A stretch of 64,000 nt of DNA. Source: Eledone cirrhosa. Taxonomy: Eukaryota. The stretch covers positions 18,600,001-18,664,000 of the forward strand of contig OZ024761.1 in assembly GCA_964016885.1 (NCBI GenBank). The letters run 5' to 3'. Below are positions 25,044-57,618 of this stretch, in pieces. Under the pieces are notes generated by a model, which saw nothing but the letters and a program-made list of their open reading frames with translations, was not told where the DNA came from and ran no database searches. Each line of letters starts with the position of its first letter. Position 1 is the first letter of the stretch. The position numbers and the translations under genes are program-made.

Positions 25044-28000
25044 ATGGCTAACGCCGCATCACCCCTCAGAACCGAAGATCGCAGACTCCAACGCCAAGCT
25101 ATGTATAAAGTTTCCATGCCTCCTTGGAAAGAAACCTATCGTAAAGTAAGTCTACCGTTTTTTTTTTGTTTGTTTTTTTGTTTCGTATAGGCTATAGCGT
25201 TTCACCAGCTCCTTCCTTATGTTGTCTGTATCTGTTCATATATTTACTTGTAGATGTGTGTTATGTAACTAAAGCGTAACGTACGTTACGAATGGACGAC
25301 TAAATGATTTTAACTTTTTTTTAACAATCTGGTACTCTGGAAACCTGTCTCCCTGTTTATGCCCCCCATGAATGGGCCTGGAACAATCTAAGTACATCAA
25401 AACTAACGGCATTCATCAACAGGGCCTATGAGATGGGGACTCCAGTGGGTACTTTGTTCCAGGGCCCAAGAGCTAAGAAGGCCCCACAGCAATCTTGAGA
25501 AAAATCCATTTCGAGAAAAATCTTTGCCCGCTTCGGGCCTTAAAGGGGTCTTGTACCCCCTTGCAAAATTTCTCTTGGAGGGCCTGTTCATCAATCTCTC
25601 TAACCTCTCCGTTTGTGTGTGTGAAGGCCATGGGCGTGGCATTTTATTCCAGACCAACCAAGTAATACATCAAAACATACGACATTCATCAACCGTTACA
25701 ACTTAGCTGTGTGTTGGGGGGGGGGGGGGTCTGTGAAAGCCATGGGTGTTGCCCTTTATTCCAGATCACCCAACAAGTAATAGACATATACTGACACACA
25801 CACACGTTCACACATGTCGCGGAGACATGTGTAATAATAAAAAAATTACCAGAATTTTTAGGCCAGGGGCCCTATTGCAGGTTTGATACAAACTCCCTGT
25901 CCATCTGACGCACATACAGAGTTATAAGATGCTGGATGTAAAGGTGGACTTCTGTCTTTCTTATCTTGGCTTAAGTCAGTGAGTGATTCCCAATCTGGGG
26001 GACACCACCCACAGGGGGGAAATTTGAAAATGATGTTAATGAGAGCAAACTTCAGATTTTACCTTATTACTTTTACACCAAGGCCAATTTGGAACAAATT
26101 ACTGTTGGAAACTCCTGTCTCACCTCCTCCACACATGTTATTGTGTATCTGGCATCACCTATATGCCAATTTGTTTACACGTTGTAATTGATCATCACTG
26201 GTTTTATATGAAAGTGGGGCATAAAAATGTTTGAGATGTTGAGGTGGGGCATGGGGGGACAAAAGGTTGGAAACCACTGGGTTAAATAAACGTGTTACAT
26301 GTTATTACAGAAATGTTTTGAACGTCTGAGGCTGAGCCGATCCAGACTGCTTGAGCGATTCCGCCAGATGAAAGATGAGCCAGACTGTGACACAGATGTG
26401 GAGCTGATTAAAGATATTATGAACAGAGAATGGTTGAGCCTCTGGGATGATGAAGCTGAGCTTCAAAGAGAAGCTAACATTCCACTGGATATTTCATTTA
26501 TTGTAAGTATCATCTAGGCACATGGCTTAGTGGTTAGAGCATTGGCCTTGCAATCGAAAGGTTGTGAGTTCAATTCTCAGACCGGGTGATGTGTTGTGTA
26601 ATGGAGGCACATAGCTTAGTGTTTAGAGCATTGGCCTTGCAATCGAAAGGTTGTGAGTTCAATTTTCAGACCGGGTGATGTGTTGTTTCCTTGAGCAAGA
26701 CACTTTATTTCACATTGCTCCAGTTTACTCAGCTGTAGAAATGAGATGATAGGGACTGGGGTCCCTATCATTCCACTGCAAAGTGGTCGTGGAGGTGCCA
26801 CGGCAAAAAAAGCACCCAGCACTCACTGTAAATGAGGTTGGTGTTAGGAAAGGCATCCAGCTGTAGAAATCAAGCCAGAATCAGTTCCTGTCCCACCCTT
26901 GCAAGCAGGGAAAAAGTGGACGTAAAATGAAATGATAAATGATGAAATGATCTAGTATTTCTACGTCACACAACCTCCGCATGGCTTAATACTTAGGATG
27001 CTTAACGTAGGGTCGTAATGTTGATGCTTCGATTTCTAGACAGGCTGTTGTGTTGTGTACTTGAGTAGAACACTTTATTTCACATTGCTCCAGTACACTC
27101 ATCTGAGAGTAGGTACCAGCAGTAGCTGGGGAGTTAATCCTGCGTTAGACTGGCATCTTATCCAGGGCGAGTTTTGTATGCCAAGGACGCCGAGCATAAG
27201 CTCCGGCCTGATGAGCCTTCAGTTAGAACAACCTCCTTAACCCTTTAGCATTTAAACCGGCTGTATCCAGTCAGGATTCTCTCACCTCGTTCTGTTCAAA
27301 CTGGCTGTAACCGGCCCCTTGTACCGATGTTAAGGTATTGTTCTCAAAATAAATATCAAAATCTCGTAGATTCGATATTATGGGAAATAAAGGGTTTACT
27401 GTGAAAATACAATAGTAAATATAGGGTAATGTAAATTCTAAAGGTTTAATGTAGGGTCATAATGTTGATGGTTCGATTCCAAGACAGGCTACTGTGTTGT
27501 GTTTTGGGGCAAAATACTTTTACTTCATGTTGTACCAGTACACTCACCTGAGAGCAGGTACTAGCTGGTGAGTTAACCCTTTACCATTTGCATTACTTTA
27601 TATTTACTATTGTATTTTTGTGGTAAAGGCTTTACCTCACATAATATCGAATCTGTGAGATTTTGAGAACAATACCTTAATATTGGTATGTGTGGCCAGT
27701 TATGGCTGGTTTGAACAGAAAGAGGTGAGAGAATTCTGGCCGGTTTAAATGTTAAAGGTTTAATCCTGCGTTAGACTGGCATTCTGTCCAGGGAGAGTTT
27801 TGTACTCACAATCGCTTAACGCCAAGGAAAGGAGACAGGCAAAAGGCACCAATCTGATGAGCCTTTCTTTGTCTTAGAACAACCTCCTTAACCGAGCTTC
27901 CTAATCACTAAGCTATATTCCTTTACAGTTCTACAATACAAGATTGTATATTTTAATGTATTTATCATCGTCGTCTTCCTCATCAAAGATAGTTGTCTGA

Positions 28001-28930
28001 CTATTTTTTTTGTTTTTTATTTACAGCCTGAAGACGAAAATGTTGAAAGAATTTTGGAAATATTTGAAGAAATCGAAGCAGAATTGAAAGAAGAAGGTTA
28101 TTAATTCTTCTTATCACAAAATGGTATCTTTGATCATCATCATCATCAGCAGCAGCAGGAGCACCACAATCATTACCGTCATTATCACAGTCATTGCCAT
28201 CACCATCATCATTGCTATTCCTATCATTACCATCTCCATTATCACCAACACCATCACCATCGTGAAGCAAAGGTTCTTACATGAAATTATAATGGCGGTT
28301 TTGTATATCACTAGATCAGCAGTTGTCTGTTTGAGGTGTGTTTGTATCAAAAGGGTTGAATTGGGTAATGTCCGAAAGAATATGATCATGAATACAGGTA
28401 GCCAAAATGAGGGAGGGGGTGGGGGTCTCCTCCAAAGGCCCTTTGGAGTAACGTTAGTCGATAGAGTGCGTAGCTCAGAGATCAGAGAGTTGCTCCGGGT
28501 AGAACCGCTACTTGTCCGAATTGAGAGCTCACAGCTCCGATATTACAGGCATGTTGTTAGGTTGTGACAGGAAAGAATTGCTAGCCAGGTTTTACAGTCT
28601 AAACCAACCGGTAGGAGACCTGGGAGTAAACACCCGAGCAAGATGGTTGGACAACATCCATGGGCTTGGCTAGTCTCATTCGGGGATCCAGTTGGAGACG
28701 GTTGCTTCTGACAGGACCCACTGGAAGGAGTGTTTGAGGACTCTGCCCTCACGACCCTCGAGGGCGATAAAGATGTATATCATCATTTCATTTTACGTCC
28801 ACTTTTTCCCTGCTTGCAAGGGTGGGACGGGAACTGATTCTGGCTTGATTTCTACAGCTGGATGCCCTTCCTAACACCAACCTCATTTACAGTGAGTGCT
28901 GGGGGCTTTTTTGCCGTGGCACCCCCACGA

Positions 28931-28965
<35 letters not shown>

Positions 28966-31900
28966 AGATGTTCCAAAAAATTTATACACTCTTTGATTAG
29001 AATGTTGTTGAAGTGTGTATACATTTTTGTGTGAGGACATCCTGTGTATAGATAGATTGCCAATTTAGACTAGTAACACCATTGTTCAGCTTAATACTTG
29101 GTATTTAAGAAAGTAGAATGTAGGTAGGTATTGTACTAAGTTACTGCCCAACAGCTGAGCTCTTGCCATTTCGAAACTCGTGGCGTATTATTATGGAGGA
29201 TTTTCAAATTATTTATCTTCTTCCAGAACAAAAACTTATTCGAGAACACGATATATATGAAGAAAGTTTCCTCGATGAAGAAAAAGATTTGTGTGCAGCG
29301 TTAGAGACATTAACTGCTGATGAAGTAGCTTGTCCTATTTGTAAAAAGTAAGTCTGAACATTCTCTCATTCTTTTACTGGTTACAGTCATTGGACTGTGA
29401 CCATGCCTTGAAGGGATTTAGTTGAGTGTGTAGTCCCCAGTAGTCGATTCTCCCTCTATATCTCTGTCTCACTTCCTCTATCATTCTCTACAGCAGATTG
29501 TTGCATTGCCACATGTTCCCTATAGCAGATCGTTGCATTGCCACATGTTCCCTATAGCAGATCGTTGCATTGCCACATGTTCCCTATAGCAGATTGTTGC
29601 ATTGCCACATGTTCCCTATAGCAGATCATTGCATTGCTGCATGCTCTCCACAACAGGTTACATGTTGCATCACTACATGTTCTTTACCAAAGACTTACAT
29701 GTTACATTGTCACATGTTCTCTACAGCAGGCTGTCACATGTTACATTGCCACATGTTACATTGCCACGTGTTCTCTACAGCAGGTTGTCACATGCTACAT
29801 TGCCACATTTCTGTAGAACAGTTAAAGATATGGAGGCCTCAAGGAGTTTCTGTTTTCCTCTGCAGATGTGAGAAACAGTGTTTAACCCTTTCGTTACTAT
29901 ATTTCTAACAAAATTCACTATATATATATATATAACCATGTTGCCAACAACAACCCTGAGTACCTTTTTGATTTCCATGTGTCTAACACACGTGGACATG
30001 CCCACAAAGTAAGAAAACAGCACAGTTCCCATGACTTTCGGAAACATTTTTTCACGCTCAGAGTTGCTGAAGCATGGAACAAACTACCTGCATCAGTTGT
30101 TAGCTGTCGAGACACTGCATCCTTTAAGGCCTCCATGCTTCCTGAGATCCGCCAACACTACAGCTAACTCATACACACATGTACTTCCATGACATTTGTG
30201 TATTATTCTATGTACTATACATACACCTTTGACGAGTTGTAGTGCACCTGAGCACTTTACACAATAATTTCATTATTATTATATATATATATATATATCA
30301 TAGAAATAGTTGGGCTGGACACCCGATCATGCGGTTAAACCACTGGGAGTGAAGGACTCCTAGCCTTTGTCAGGGCATTCTTCTAGGAGAAGGCAACTCA
30401 GGAAACTTGGATAACTCCGATATAAAACCTGCGGCTCAGTAGTTACCGATGATGTTGATCTTTTCTTCTTTTCGGGTTATAGCTACTGTCGTTCAGAGAG
30501 TGGGATTGGCTCAGTGCACAGTCTTTCCTCACTTTAAAAAATATCTTCACGCCCAGGCATTGCACGATAGAATTAATTAATAATAGTATGTCATGCAATG
30601 ACCATACTCGATAACGAGGGGGAGCCAGAGAGTGGGATTGGCTCAGTGCATAGTCCTTCCTCACTTTAAAAAATATCTTCACGCCCAGGCATTGCATGAT
30701 AGAATTAATTAATAATGGTATGTCGTGCAATGGCCATACTCGATAACGATGGGCAACCATCATAGATACATACAAAGTATTTAGGCTGACCAAGATATTC
30801 TCATGGAATGACCAAATGAGTGTTTTATTTTTCAACATAATCCCTGGAAAGAAACAATGCAGTTATTATTAATAAGAGGAGCTGAAATTGTATGCATGCA
30901 AGATTTCACAGCTCTAGCATTACTCCTTCATAGTAAGCCAATGAACTTTTCAACTCACCCTCAAATTTGAATTATTTAGTGAAGAATTTGAAGGGATTTT
31001 CTGAAATCCTTATTTCATTATTCACAGATTATTTATAACATAACAAAAGGTTTCTATATAAAACTATGTTGGAAGATTCCAATTTAAATAGGAACCCTTT
31101 AACCCTTTAGTTACCAACCCAGCCAAAACCAGCTCTGGTTCTATGAAATAAAACCTCCCATTTTAAAGGTTTCCAATTTGTGATAATTTTCCAACGTAAT
31201 TTTATGTTTCTAACTTTTTTTCTGTCTGTTTCTTTCTGCAGGAACCCTTTGATTGAGAATAAAGGGATTATTTTCTGTAAATGTGGTCTGCGGATTAATA
31301 CAGAGGTAAGACGATCTGGCACTATTTGGGCCGTGGGTTGGCAGTATTGGTAGAGAGTCGGACGCCATGCTTTGCAGCATAGAGTTTCGGCCCTTTATGA
31401 TCTGAGTTCAAATCCCGCCGAGGTTGACTTTGCCTTTCACCCTTACGGGGTCGATAAAATAAGGTACCAGTCACGCACTGGAGGTCAATTTAATCACCTT
31501 TCCCCTGCCCCAAAATTGCTGGCCTTGTGCCTAAATAAGAAACCACTATTTGGTGTATGTATCACTACATAGCTTCTATGTGTGTATTGTGTCCATACGT
31601 GTGTGTATGTGTTGTGTCCATATGTTTGTGTGTGTTGTGTCCATATGTTTGTGTGTTGTGTTCATATTTGTGTGTTGTGTCCATATGTGTGTGTGTTGTG
31701 TCCATATGTTTGTGTGTGTGTTGTGTCCATATGTTTGTGTGTGTGTTGTGTCCATATGTGTGTGTGTTGTGTCCATGTTTGTGTGTTGTGTCCATATTTG
31801 TGTGTTGTGTCCATATGTGTGTGTTGTGTCCATATGTTTGTGTGTGTGTTGTGTCCATGTTTGTGTGTTGTGTCCATATTTGTGTGTTGTGTCCATATGT

Positions 31901-33548
31901 TTGTGTGTGTGTCCATATGTTTGTGTTTTGTTGTCCATATGTGTGTCCATGTGTGTGTGACTTGTGTCCATATGTGTGTGTGTGTGACTTGTGTCCATAT
32001 GTGTGTGTGTGACTTGTGTCCATATGTGTGTGTGACTTGTGTCCATATGTGTGTGTGTGTGACTTCTGTCCATATGTGTTGTTGTGTGTGACTTGTGTCC
32101 ATATGTTGTTTGGCACCAGAACAAATACCACAATGGTATTTTATCCAACAGACTACCAATTCTGCCAATACACTGCCCTACCCTTAAAAAAAAAACAAGT
32201 AAAAAATGGATCACATGAGCATGATGGGGTCACCTAAACTGTCTAATCCCATAACCTGACAACCCCTGCAACCCAGGCAAACCTAGAAAATAAACCGTAA
32301 TGATGATTATATATATATATATATATACACACATGCTGTAAAGTGATTGGTGATAGGAAGGGCATCCAATCATAGAAAGCTTGCCAAACAAAGGGTTGGG
32401 AGGATCCTTCAGTCATATCAAGGACATGCTAACCTCCCTAGTGTTGCTGATCTATATGATAAATGCACTCAGTACATGCTGTAAAGTAGATGGTGATGGG
32501 TAGAACGTGAGACCATACATAAGCAAGGCATAGATACATGGCCTGCCTAGGAGATAGTGGCTCAGCTGGTTTGTGTGGACCCATCCAACCCTTGCTAGCA
32601 GAGAAAGTGGGCATTAAAAATGATTACACTGTGTATGTGTTTGTGTAAATGTATATGTGTATGCGTGAATATATGTCTGAGTGTGTGTATTTGTGTAAGT
32701 GTTTGTTTGTACATTTATGTTTATATACTCATACATATAAATATATGCATATGCACATACACACACACACATACATATGCGCGTCAGTGTGTTGAAAAAA
32801 AATCCTCGTTCACTAATCTTCAGCATGCTGTGGGCGACACTTGGCGCCATATGAGTAATCTCCCCTTAACAGATAATGCTGTGTGAAGGGAAACAACTCT
32901 TAAAGATTCACTAGCATGCTAAAGATTAAAATGTTAATATTTAACATCTATTTACAGTAAGATGGCTTCAAGTTGGCTGATGTGAAAGCTCAGCTAGAGA
33001 GCGGTATTGATATCCGTACCTACACATGTTTTGTTGAGCCAGAGGCTGTGTCAAGAGAAACAACTCTTAAAAATTCACTAGCGTGCTAAAAGTTAAAATG
33101 CTCATATTTAACATCTATTTACAGCAAGTTGGCTGATGTGAAAACTCAGTTAGAGAGCGGTATTAAGATCCAAACCTACACATGTGATGTTGAGCCAGAG
33201 GCTGTGTCAAGGGAAACAACTCTTAAAAATTTCCTGGTGTGCTAAAGATTAAAATGCTGATATTTAACATCTATTTACAGCAGGATGGCTTCAAGTTGGC
33301 TGATGTGAAAGTTCAGCTAGAGAGCGGTGTTGAGATCCACAACTACACATGTGATGTTCAGCCAGAGTTTTCAATGATGTGTGTATTAGGTACAACAAAT
33401 CTCTTTATGACGTGTGAGGTGAGCCTTATTTCTTTCCATACATTGATTTTCTTTTTAGCCTTTTTTTAGTCCTCCCTGAAACCACATGCAACATTTCACA
33501 GCGCTAGCATCTTCTTCATAGGTCAGCTTATTAACTTTTCAGCCTGCC

Positions 33549-33584
<36 letters not shown>

Positions 33585-34973
33585 AAAGTTCTATTTAAAT
33601 TGTTGGAATACAACAAGCAAATATTTTTATAACTGTTATAAAGCACTCAACAAATATTTGGAGTAAATATACGATATTAACAAATGGAAACTATATTTAT
33701 AAAACCATATCTATTTTATTATACATATTTCAAGGAGTCTTCCAACAGTGATGGTTGCATTTTGTAAGGGTATGTCAATATTTATTTATAAAACCGGTAT
33801 ATATTGTATTTTGTCTGATGAAAGCATACCATAATTTAACATGGTGTCTTTGAAAAATGTATAATAAAATAGATATGGTTTTATAAATATAGTTTCCATT
33901 TGTTAATATCGTATATATATATATATATATAAGAACGGCAAAGCATAAACGAATCGAGAGAGAGACTGAACATAAGAGGAATCAAATGCTGTGTGCAGGA
34001 GAGGAGGTTGCATTGGTATGGACATGTGATGCATATAAAGGATAACAGCTGCATAAAAAGGTGCAGAGCACTAGAAGTCAATGGAAGCTGTGGAGTGGGG
34101 AGACCCAAGAAGATCTGGGAGGAGGTGATAAAAGCTGACCATACCCAATTGCACCTCTCAAAGGCGATGACACAGGACCGTTACCTCTGGCGTCATGCAG
34201 TAATACAGAAGACCCGACTTCCCACGGGTAGAAGCTGAAGCATATAGACAATATTATAGTAAATACTAGCAGAATGGCCCGGCGTTGCTCGGGATTTGCT
34301 CTAGGGTTCTTATATATTTGATATATATTTATCCTTATCGAGCCTTGTGAAATAAATACATTTGTTTATATTTTGTTATTGTGTATGCAAAAATATCTGT
34401 ACACGAATATATAATTATATAAATATATATTAAAATAACAGATTAAAGTTTAAGCAAAGAATCACTGCTTTCACCCTTAATGGGATCTTCTGAAACTAAA
34501 AAAATCAATCTGTGAACGCAGAAGTACATATATCGAAAAACGTTACACACTATATATATATATATACACACACTATATATACATATATACACACACACAC
34601 ACACATATAGCGTCATAATGTCGTAATGCAGACAGATATTATAAGGGCACAACATTATATCTATGTATCTATCTAAAAAGAAAGACTAAGAATTATAGAG
34701 AGAGATCGCTAAATCGTCTAATGCGGTCCTTAGGGCATTGAAAATATGAAATTGTTTTTGCTCAAAACACCCACACGACCATAAGTATTACATGTGTAAA
34801 GTTTGAAAACAATCGGTTGGGTGGTTCTCGAGTTTTAGGGAGTCAGACAGACAGACATTCTCTGTTTTAGATATATAGATAGAGTAATATAAATGTTAAA
34901 GGGTTAAATATGTTTACTAATTTTTTTGTTTTCTCTTTTCTAGGCGTGTGATTTTATGCACATTATTATATAA
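25044..34973 (+). CDS. RPAIN: RPA-interacting protein (RIP), 238 aa. Exons 25044-25145, 26311-26502, 28027-28096, 29227-29347, 31242-31305, 33281-33418, 34944-34973
   Basis: N-terminal MYK...PPWKETYRKKCFERLRLSRSRLLERFR, acidic middle (ILEIFEEIEAEL), C-terminal zinc finger (VACPICKKNPL...IFCKCGLRI...H...C...P.F...TCEACDFMHIII). Phase-consistent GT-AG junctions. Confidence 0.9.
29490..29810. repeat. 29-bp minisatellite (TTGCATTGCCACATGTTCCCTATAGCAGA), degenerating toward the 3' end
   Basis: Direct inspection. Confidence 0.85.
30345..30755 (+). mobile_element. Dispersed repeat resembling an RTE 5' region; second copy at about 61550-61760, shared tail at about 44715-44750
   Basis: CTAGGAGAAGG(C/A)AACTC...AGAGAGTGGGA.TGGCT..GTGCA shared between the two loci; internal duplication of about 135 bp. 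Confidence 0.5.
31580..32105. repeat. About 20-bp TG-rich minisatellite (TTGTGTCCATATGTTTGTGTG)
   Basis: Direct inspection. Confidence 0.9.
33585..33915 (+). mobile_element. Fold-back Penelope-like non-autonomous element with a hammerhead motif (33807-33871)
   Basis: Inverted arms about 33670-33735 / 33849-33913; CTGATGA at 33815, stem II, GAAA at 33852; closely related copy at about 38440-38775. Confidence 0.6.
34266..34879 (-). mobile_element. Non-autonomous Helitron in the last RPAIN intron; partial copy at about 48640-48830
   Basis: Minus strand starts A|TCTATATATCTAAAACAGAGAATGTCTGTC and ends with hairpin CCCGAGCAACGCCGGG then CTAG|T. Confidence 0.75.
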
Positions 34974-36279
34974 ATGTGCAGTTGACGGCTGTTTTATGGT
35001 CATCCGCCCACACCTCACCCTCCATGATCATCATCATCATCGTCATCACCATCAACATTATTGTAATAAAGAAGCTTGTTTGGTTTTGTTTTGCTACCAT
35101 GACCACTACACAATATACACATATATACACACACATGCGCACATACATACACATAAACACACACACATACATGCACACATACATACACACACAAACACAT
35201 ACACACACATACATTCATACACACATATACACACAACTGTTCAATTTCCACCTCAAACATTTGTAAATAATCATATATATTATTTCTCAAACCACAAAAC
35301 TAAGATTTGAATAAGTGTTTTACGTATTAATTTATTTTCGTTTTTAAATAAAACTAAAATTGAGATTATTGTTGTGTTTGTTGTTTAGTTTTTCACTTTA
35401 TTTTATTCACCCCTAAATGAAGGTGTGTGGCCTAGTGGTTCGATTCCTGGGCTGGGTTGTGTGGTGTGTTCTTGAGAAAAACACTTCATTTTCACGTTGC
35501 TCCAGTAATAGCTAGGGGTTTAAACTTGCGATGGACTGGCATCCTGTCCAGAGGGCAGTCGCTTCACACCACGAAACAACCAGGATAAGCCCTTGCTTGA
35601 TGAACTTCTAGGCTTGAGACAGACTTTAGACAAAAATGGTTGGTACCAGGAAAGGTATCTAACTCTAAGGTTTGCTTCAGAAAGGACCCTTGTAAAGTAG
35701 TTGTGCTGGTGACCTGACAAAAAGCACCTAGTCCACCATGTAAAGTGGTGTTGCAGCCGGTGTCGACGGTAATACTTTTGCGGTCCTGTCCTTGGAGCCC
35801 AGCCCCATTACTACCGCACCCTAGGCCCAGAGCCTAATCACCTTCACCCTCCCCATTCTTCTGTGACACTAGAGGTCTTCCCTTTTCCTTCATTTTCAGT
35901 TTTTTTTGTATTTTCTTATTTTACATTCCATTCTTTCTTCTCAATCTAAATTTTTTATCCTTCAAATAAATTGTTTCTCAATTCGAACGAGATTCATTAA
36001 AAAAAAAATAAAATTTCCGCGTGTTTAGGTTTAGAGCCTGAAACTTAGGATCTACACATTCACAAAACATGAACCCCACCCTCGAGTTCCACCCAATTGT
36101 CAACAAGCATGGATTGTTCTGTCGGCTTTACTGAGGCCACCATAATAATGATTTCTTTATTAACCACAAGGGTTTACATAAAGTAGACATTAAGGACAGT
36201 GCAGGACAATACAGTACGGTACAAATGGGCATTTCTGCGTGTAAAAAACAAAAACAGAGGATGTAACAAAAAAATAACA

Positions 36280-36900
36280 ATGAAAATTATTGTGTACAGT
36301 GCTCAGGTGCACTACAACTCATCAAAGGTGTATGTATAATACATAGAATAATGTACAAATGTCAGGAAAATGAACCGTGTATGAGTCATGATATACATAT
36401 ACATGTGTGGATATCAGGTATAGTGTTGGCAAATTTCAGGAAGCATGGAGGTTTTAAAGGATGCAGTATCTTAGCAGCTGACAACTGAGTTCCATGCTTC
36501 AACAACTCTGAACGTGAAAAAATGTTTCCGAAAGTCATGGGAACTGTGTTGTTTTCAGACTTTGTAGGCATACCCACGTGTGTTAGACACATGGAATTCA
36601 AAAAGGTGCTCAAGGTTGTTGTTGGTAAGTTGATTAATAATTTTGTGAGTGTTTACCAAGTCAGTTGCCAGACGTCGGAGCTTCAATGTATCCATGCTCA
36701 GGGATGCAAGGTGTTCAGAGTATGGTAGATGCCTGATGGAGGGTATTCGCTTGGCTGCACGTCTCTGAACAGTTTCCAGGAGGCCAATGTTCTGAGCAAC
36801 ATAGGGGTTCCAGACTGGTGTTGTAAATTCTAAGTGTGGCCGCACCATAGCTATATACAGCTTTAAATAGATAGCTGGAGAGCGGCTGACAAAGTTCTTG
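36280..36900 (-). mobile_element. CR1 LINE 3' fragment; further copies at about 11650-12030 (+), 13725-14210 (-), 29935-30280 (+)
   Basis: MVRPHLEF..PVWNPY....LLETVQRRAAKRIP.IRHLPY.E.L..L.MDTLKLRR motifs. Confidence 0.85.
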
Positions 36901-37146
36901 CTGAGTGATGCTTAGACACCCTCGGCTTGACAATTTTAGAGACATGCTGGAGTACAGTGTTGACATCTCCAGAGTCGTAAAATTCAAGCCAGTTTGGATG
37001 TTGCAGCTTGGTGCAGTAATAGTTCCAGCCTGCTTTATTCCAGTCAAAGTGAGCAGTTTGTATATTATTTTTCATGATTTAGGCGATGCATACTGAAAAT
37101 CAAATGTATTTATGATAGGTTTAGTGTTAGAAACTTAAGGTCTACC

Positions 37147-37408
37147 CAGTGGCGTGCAGAGCTCTGGTGATGCCCGTGGCAAATCTTGATTGTATGCCCC
37201 CAAAGACTCAAGTATAAGGCCTAATATACTGAGAAATATTACGAGAAAGGAAAATATTTTGAATATATAAACACAGCTGAAACATGAAATAAACGCTTTA
37301 TTGGATTTTAATATAAATCAATCAAATTTATTAAGTTCTTTTCCCAAATGATGCCCCCATCCAAAGGATGCCCGGGGCCAATGCACCCACCCCCTCTACA
37401 CGCTACTG
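37147..37408. mobile_element. hAT-like MITE
   Basis: Terminal inverted repeats CAGTGGCGTGCAGAG / CTCTACACGCTACTG flanked by GGTCTACC / GGTCTACT (7 of 8 match). Confidence 0.7.
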
Positions 37409-37565
37409 GGTCTACTTCATTCACAAGCAATAATAGCTCTCTATCTCTCTCTCTCTTTATCTCATTCTCATTATAACACACTTCCTCCAAATGTCAAAAA
37501 CATGGATTATTCTCTGTTGGTTTCATTTAGGTCACGATATATATTATATTTTTCATGATTTAGGC

Positions 37566-37883
37566 CTGAGGTTCTCAAAGTGGGCGCTACCACCCCCCGG
37601 GGTGGGGTGGGGGCATTGAGAATGTCCAGGGGCGCCGGGGCCTAAAGGGCGCTGGTGGATATGGTGTAGAGATGATATAATAGTATAACAAATATCATGA
37701 TACATATATATAAAAATGATTGTTTTATTATATGATACATATAGTAAAACAAAAAATATATTGTATTATTTATTAGTAGCAATTTGCATGTAGGCAGGTC
37801 TCTCTGGAAATAGGCTTGGGGGTCACAGAGGGTATTACGTAGTCGTGAGGGGGACGGTGACCCAAAAGGTTTGTAAACCTCTG
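37566..37883. mobile_element. hAT-type MITE with an 8-bp target site duplication ATTTAGGC; related copy at 10206-11256
   Basis: ATTTAGGC|CTGAGGTTCTCAAA ... TTTGTAAACCTCTG|ATTTAGGC; the internal sequence is shared, inverted, with 10206-11256 and about 50900-50990. Confidence 0.8.
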
Positions 37884-38055
37884 ATTTAGGCGATGCACAA
37901 GTCGAAATCCAATATATTTTGGTTTAGTGTCAGAAACTTAAGGTCTACTCCGTTCACACGCTATAATCTTCCTCCCCCTCTCTCTCTTTCTTCATCTCTC
38001 TCTCTCTCTCACACACACACACACCATAACACTGTTCCGCCAATTGTCAACAAGC

Positions 38056-56654
<18,599 letters not shown>

Positions 56655-57034
56655 TCACCTGGTGCAGAGGTCAGGGCCACATTTATATAGGAGGTAATTG
56701 CCCAGGGTTCACATCAGCGATGGCCGAAGCAATTTATTTGTGCCCTCAACTGGGCATTTTAGTTTTAGGATGTTTAGAATTTTTGAATCTAATACCTATA
56801 TGTTTAACTTTTTAATTCCAATTACTTGTCCCAAGGTAACTTTGTGATATGTTTGCATGGGTTGGACACGTCCTCACCAGTAAAAGCACTCCCTCCACCT
56901 ATGGTGTTCCTTCGTCATGTCCTCTGAAGTTGCAGCCTTTTGAGATTCAGCTCTCACCACATCTAACCACATCTGCCCAGATCTACCCAGGTTTTCCTCT
57001 ACAGCAGCTACCTTCCACTTTCATCTCCTTGGCA

Positions 57035-57618
57035 CTGTGTATCTGGTTTACAATAGCTACACTATATCCCTGTGTATCTGGTTTACAATAGGTACACTAT
57101 ACCTGTGTGTATCTGGTTTACAATAGGTACACTGTATACCTGTGTGTATCTGGTTTACAATAGGTACACTGTATACCTGTGTGTATCTGGTTTACAATAG
57201 GTACACTGTCTCCCTGTGTGTATCTGGTTTACAATAGCTACACTATATACCTGTGTGTATCTGGTTTACAATAGGTACACTGTATACCTGTGTGTATCTG
57301 GTTTACAATAGGTACACTATATCCCTGTGTGTATCTGGTTTACAATAGGTACACTGTCTCCCTGTGTGTATCTGGTTTACAATAGGTACACTGTATACCT
57401 GTGTGTATCTGGTTTACAATAGGTACACTATATACCTGTGTGTATCTGGTTTACAATAGGTACACTGTATACCTGTGTGTATCTGGTTTACAATAGGTAC
57501 ACTATATACCTGTGTGTATCTGGTTTACAATAGGTACACTGTATACCTGTGTGTATCTGGTTTCGAATAGGTACACTGTATACCTCTGTGTATCTGGTTT
57601 CGAATAGGTACACTATAT
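57035..57618. repeat. About 37-bp minisatellite (GTGTGTATCTGGTTTACAATAGGTACACTGTATACCT, about 15 copies) downstream of the GUSB stop
   Basis: Direct inspection. Confidence 0.9.

Noticed and set aside
27185-27240. CTGATGAG at about 27208 and 27854 as hammerhead cores
   Set aside because: No stem II-GAAA-NUH arrangement; they belong to the 3' tail of a degenerate SINE.
31550-32237. Cys/Val-rich and His/Thr-rich ORFs resembling metallothionein or keratin-associated proteins
   Set aside because: Translations of a TG-rich minisatellite in RPAIN intron 5.
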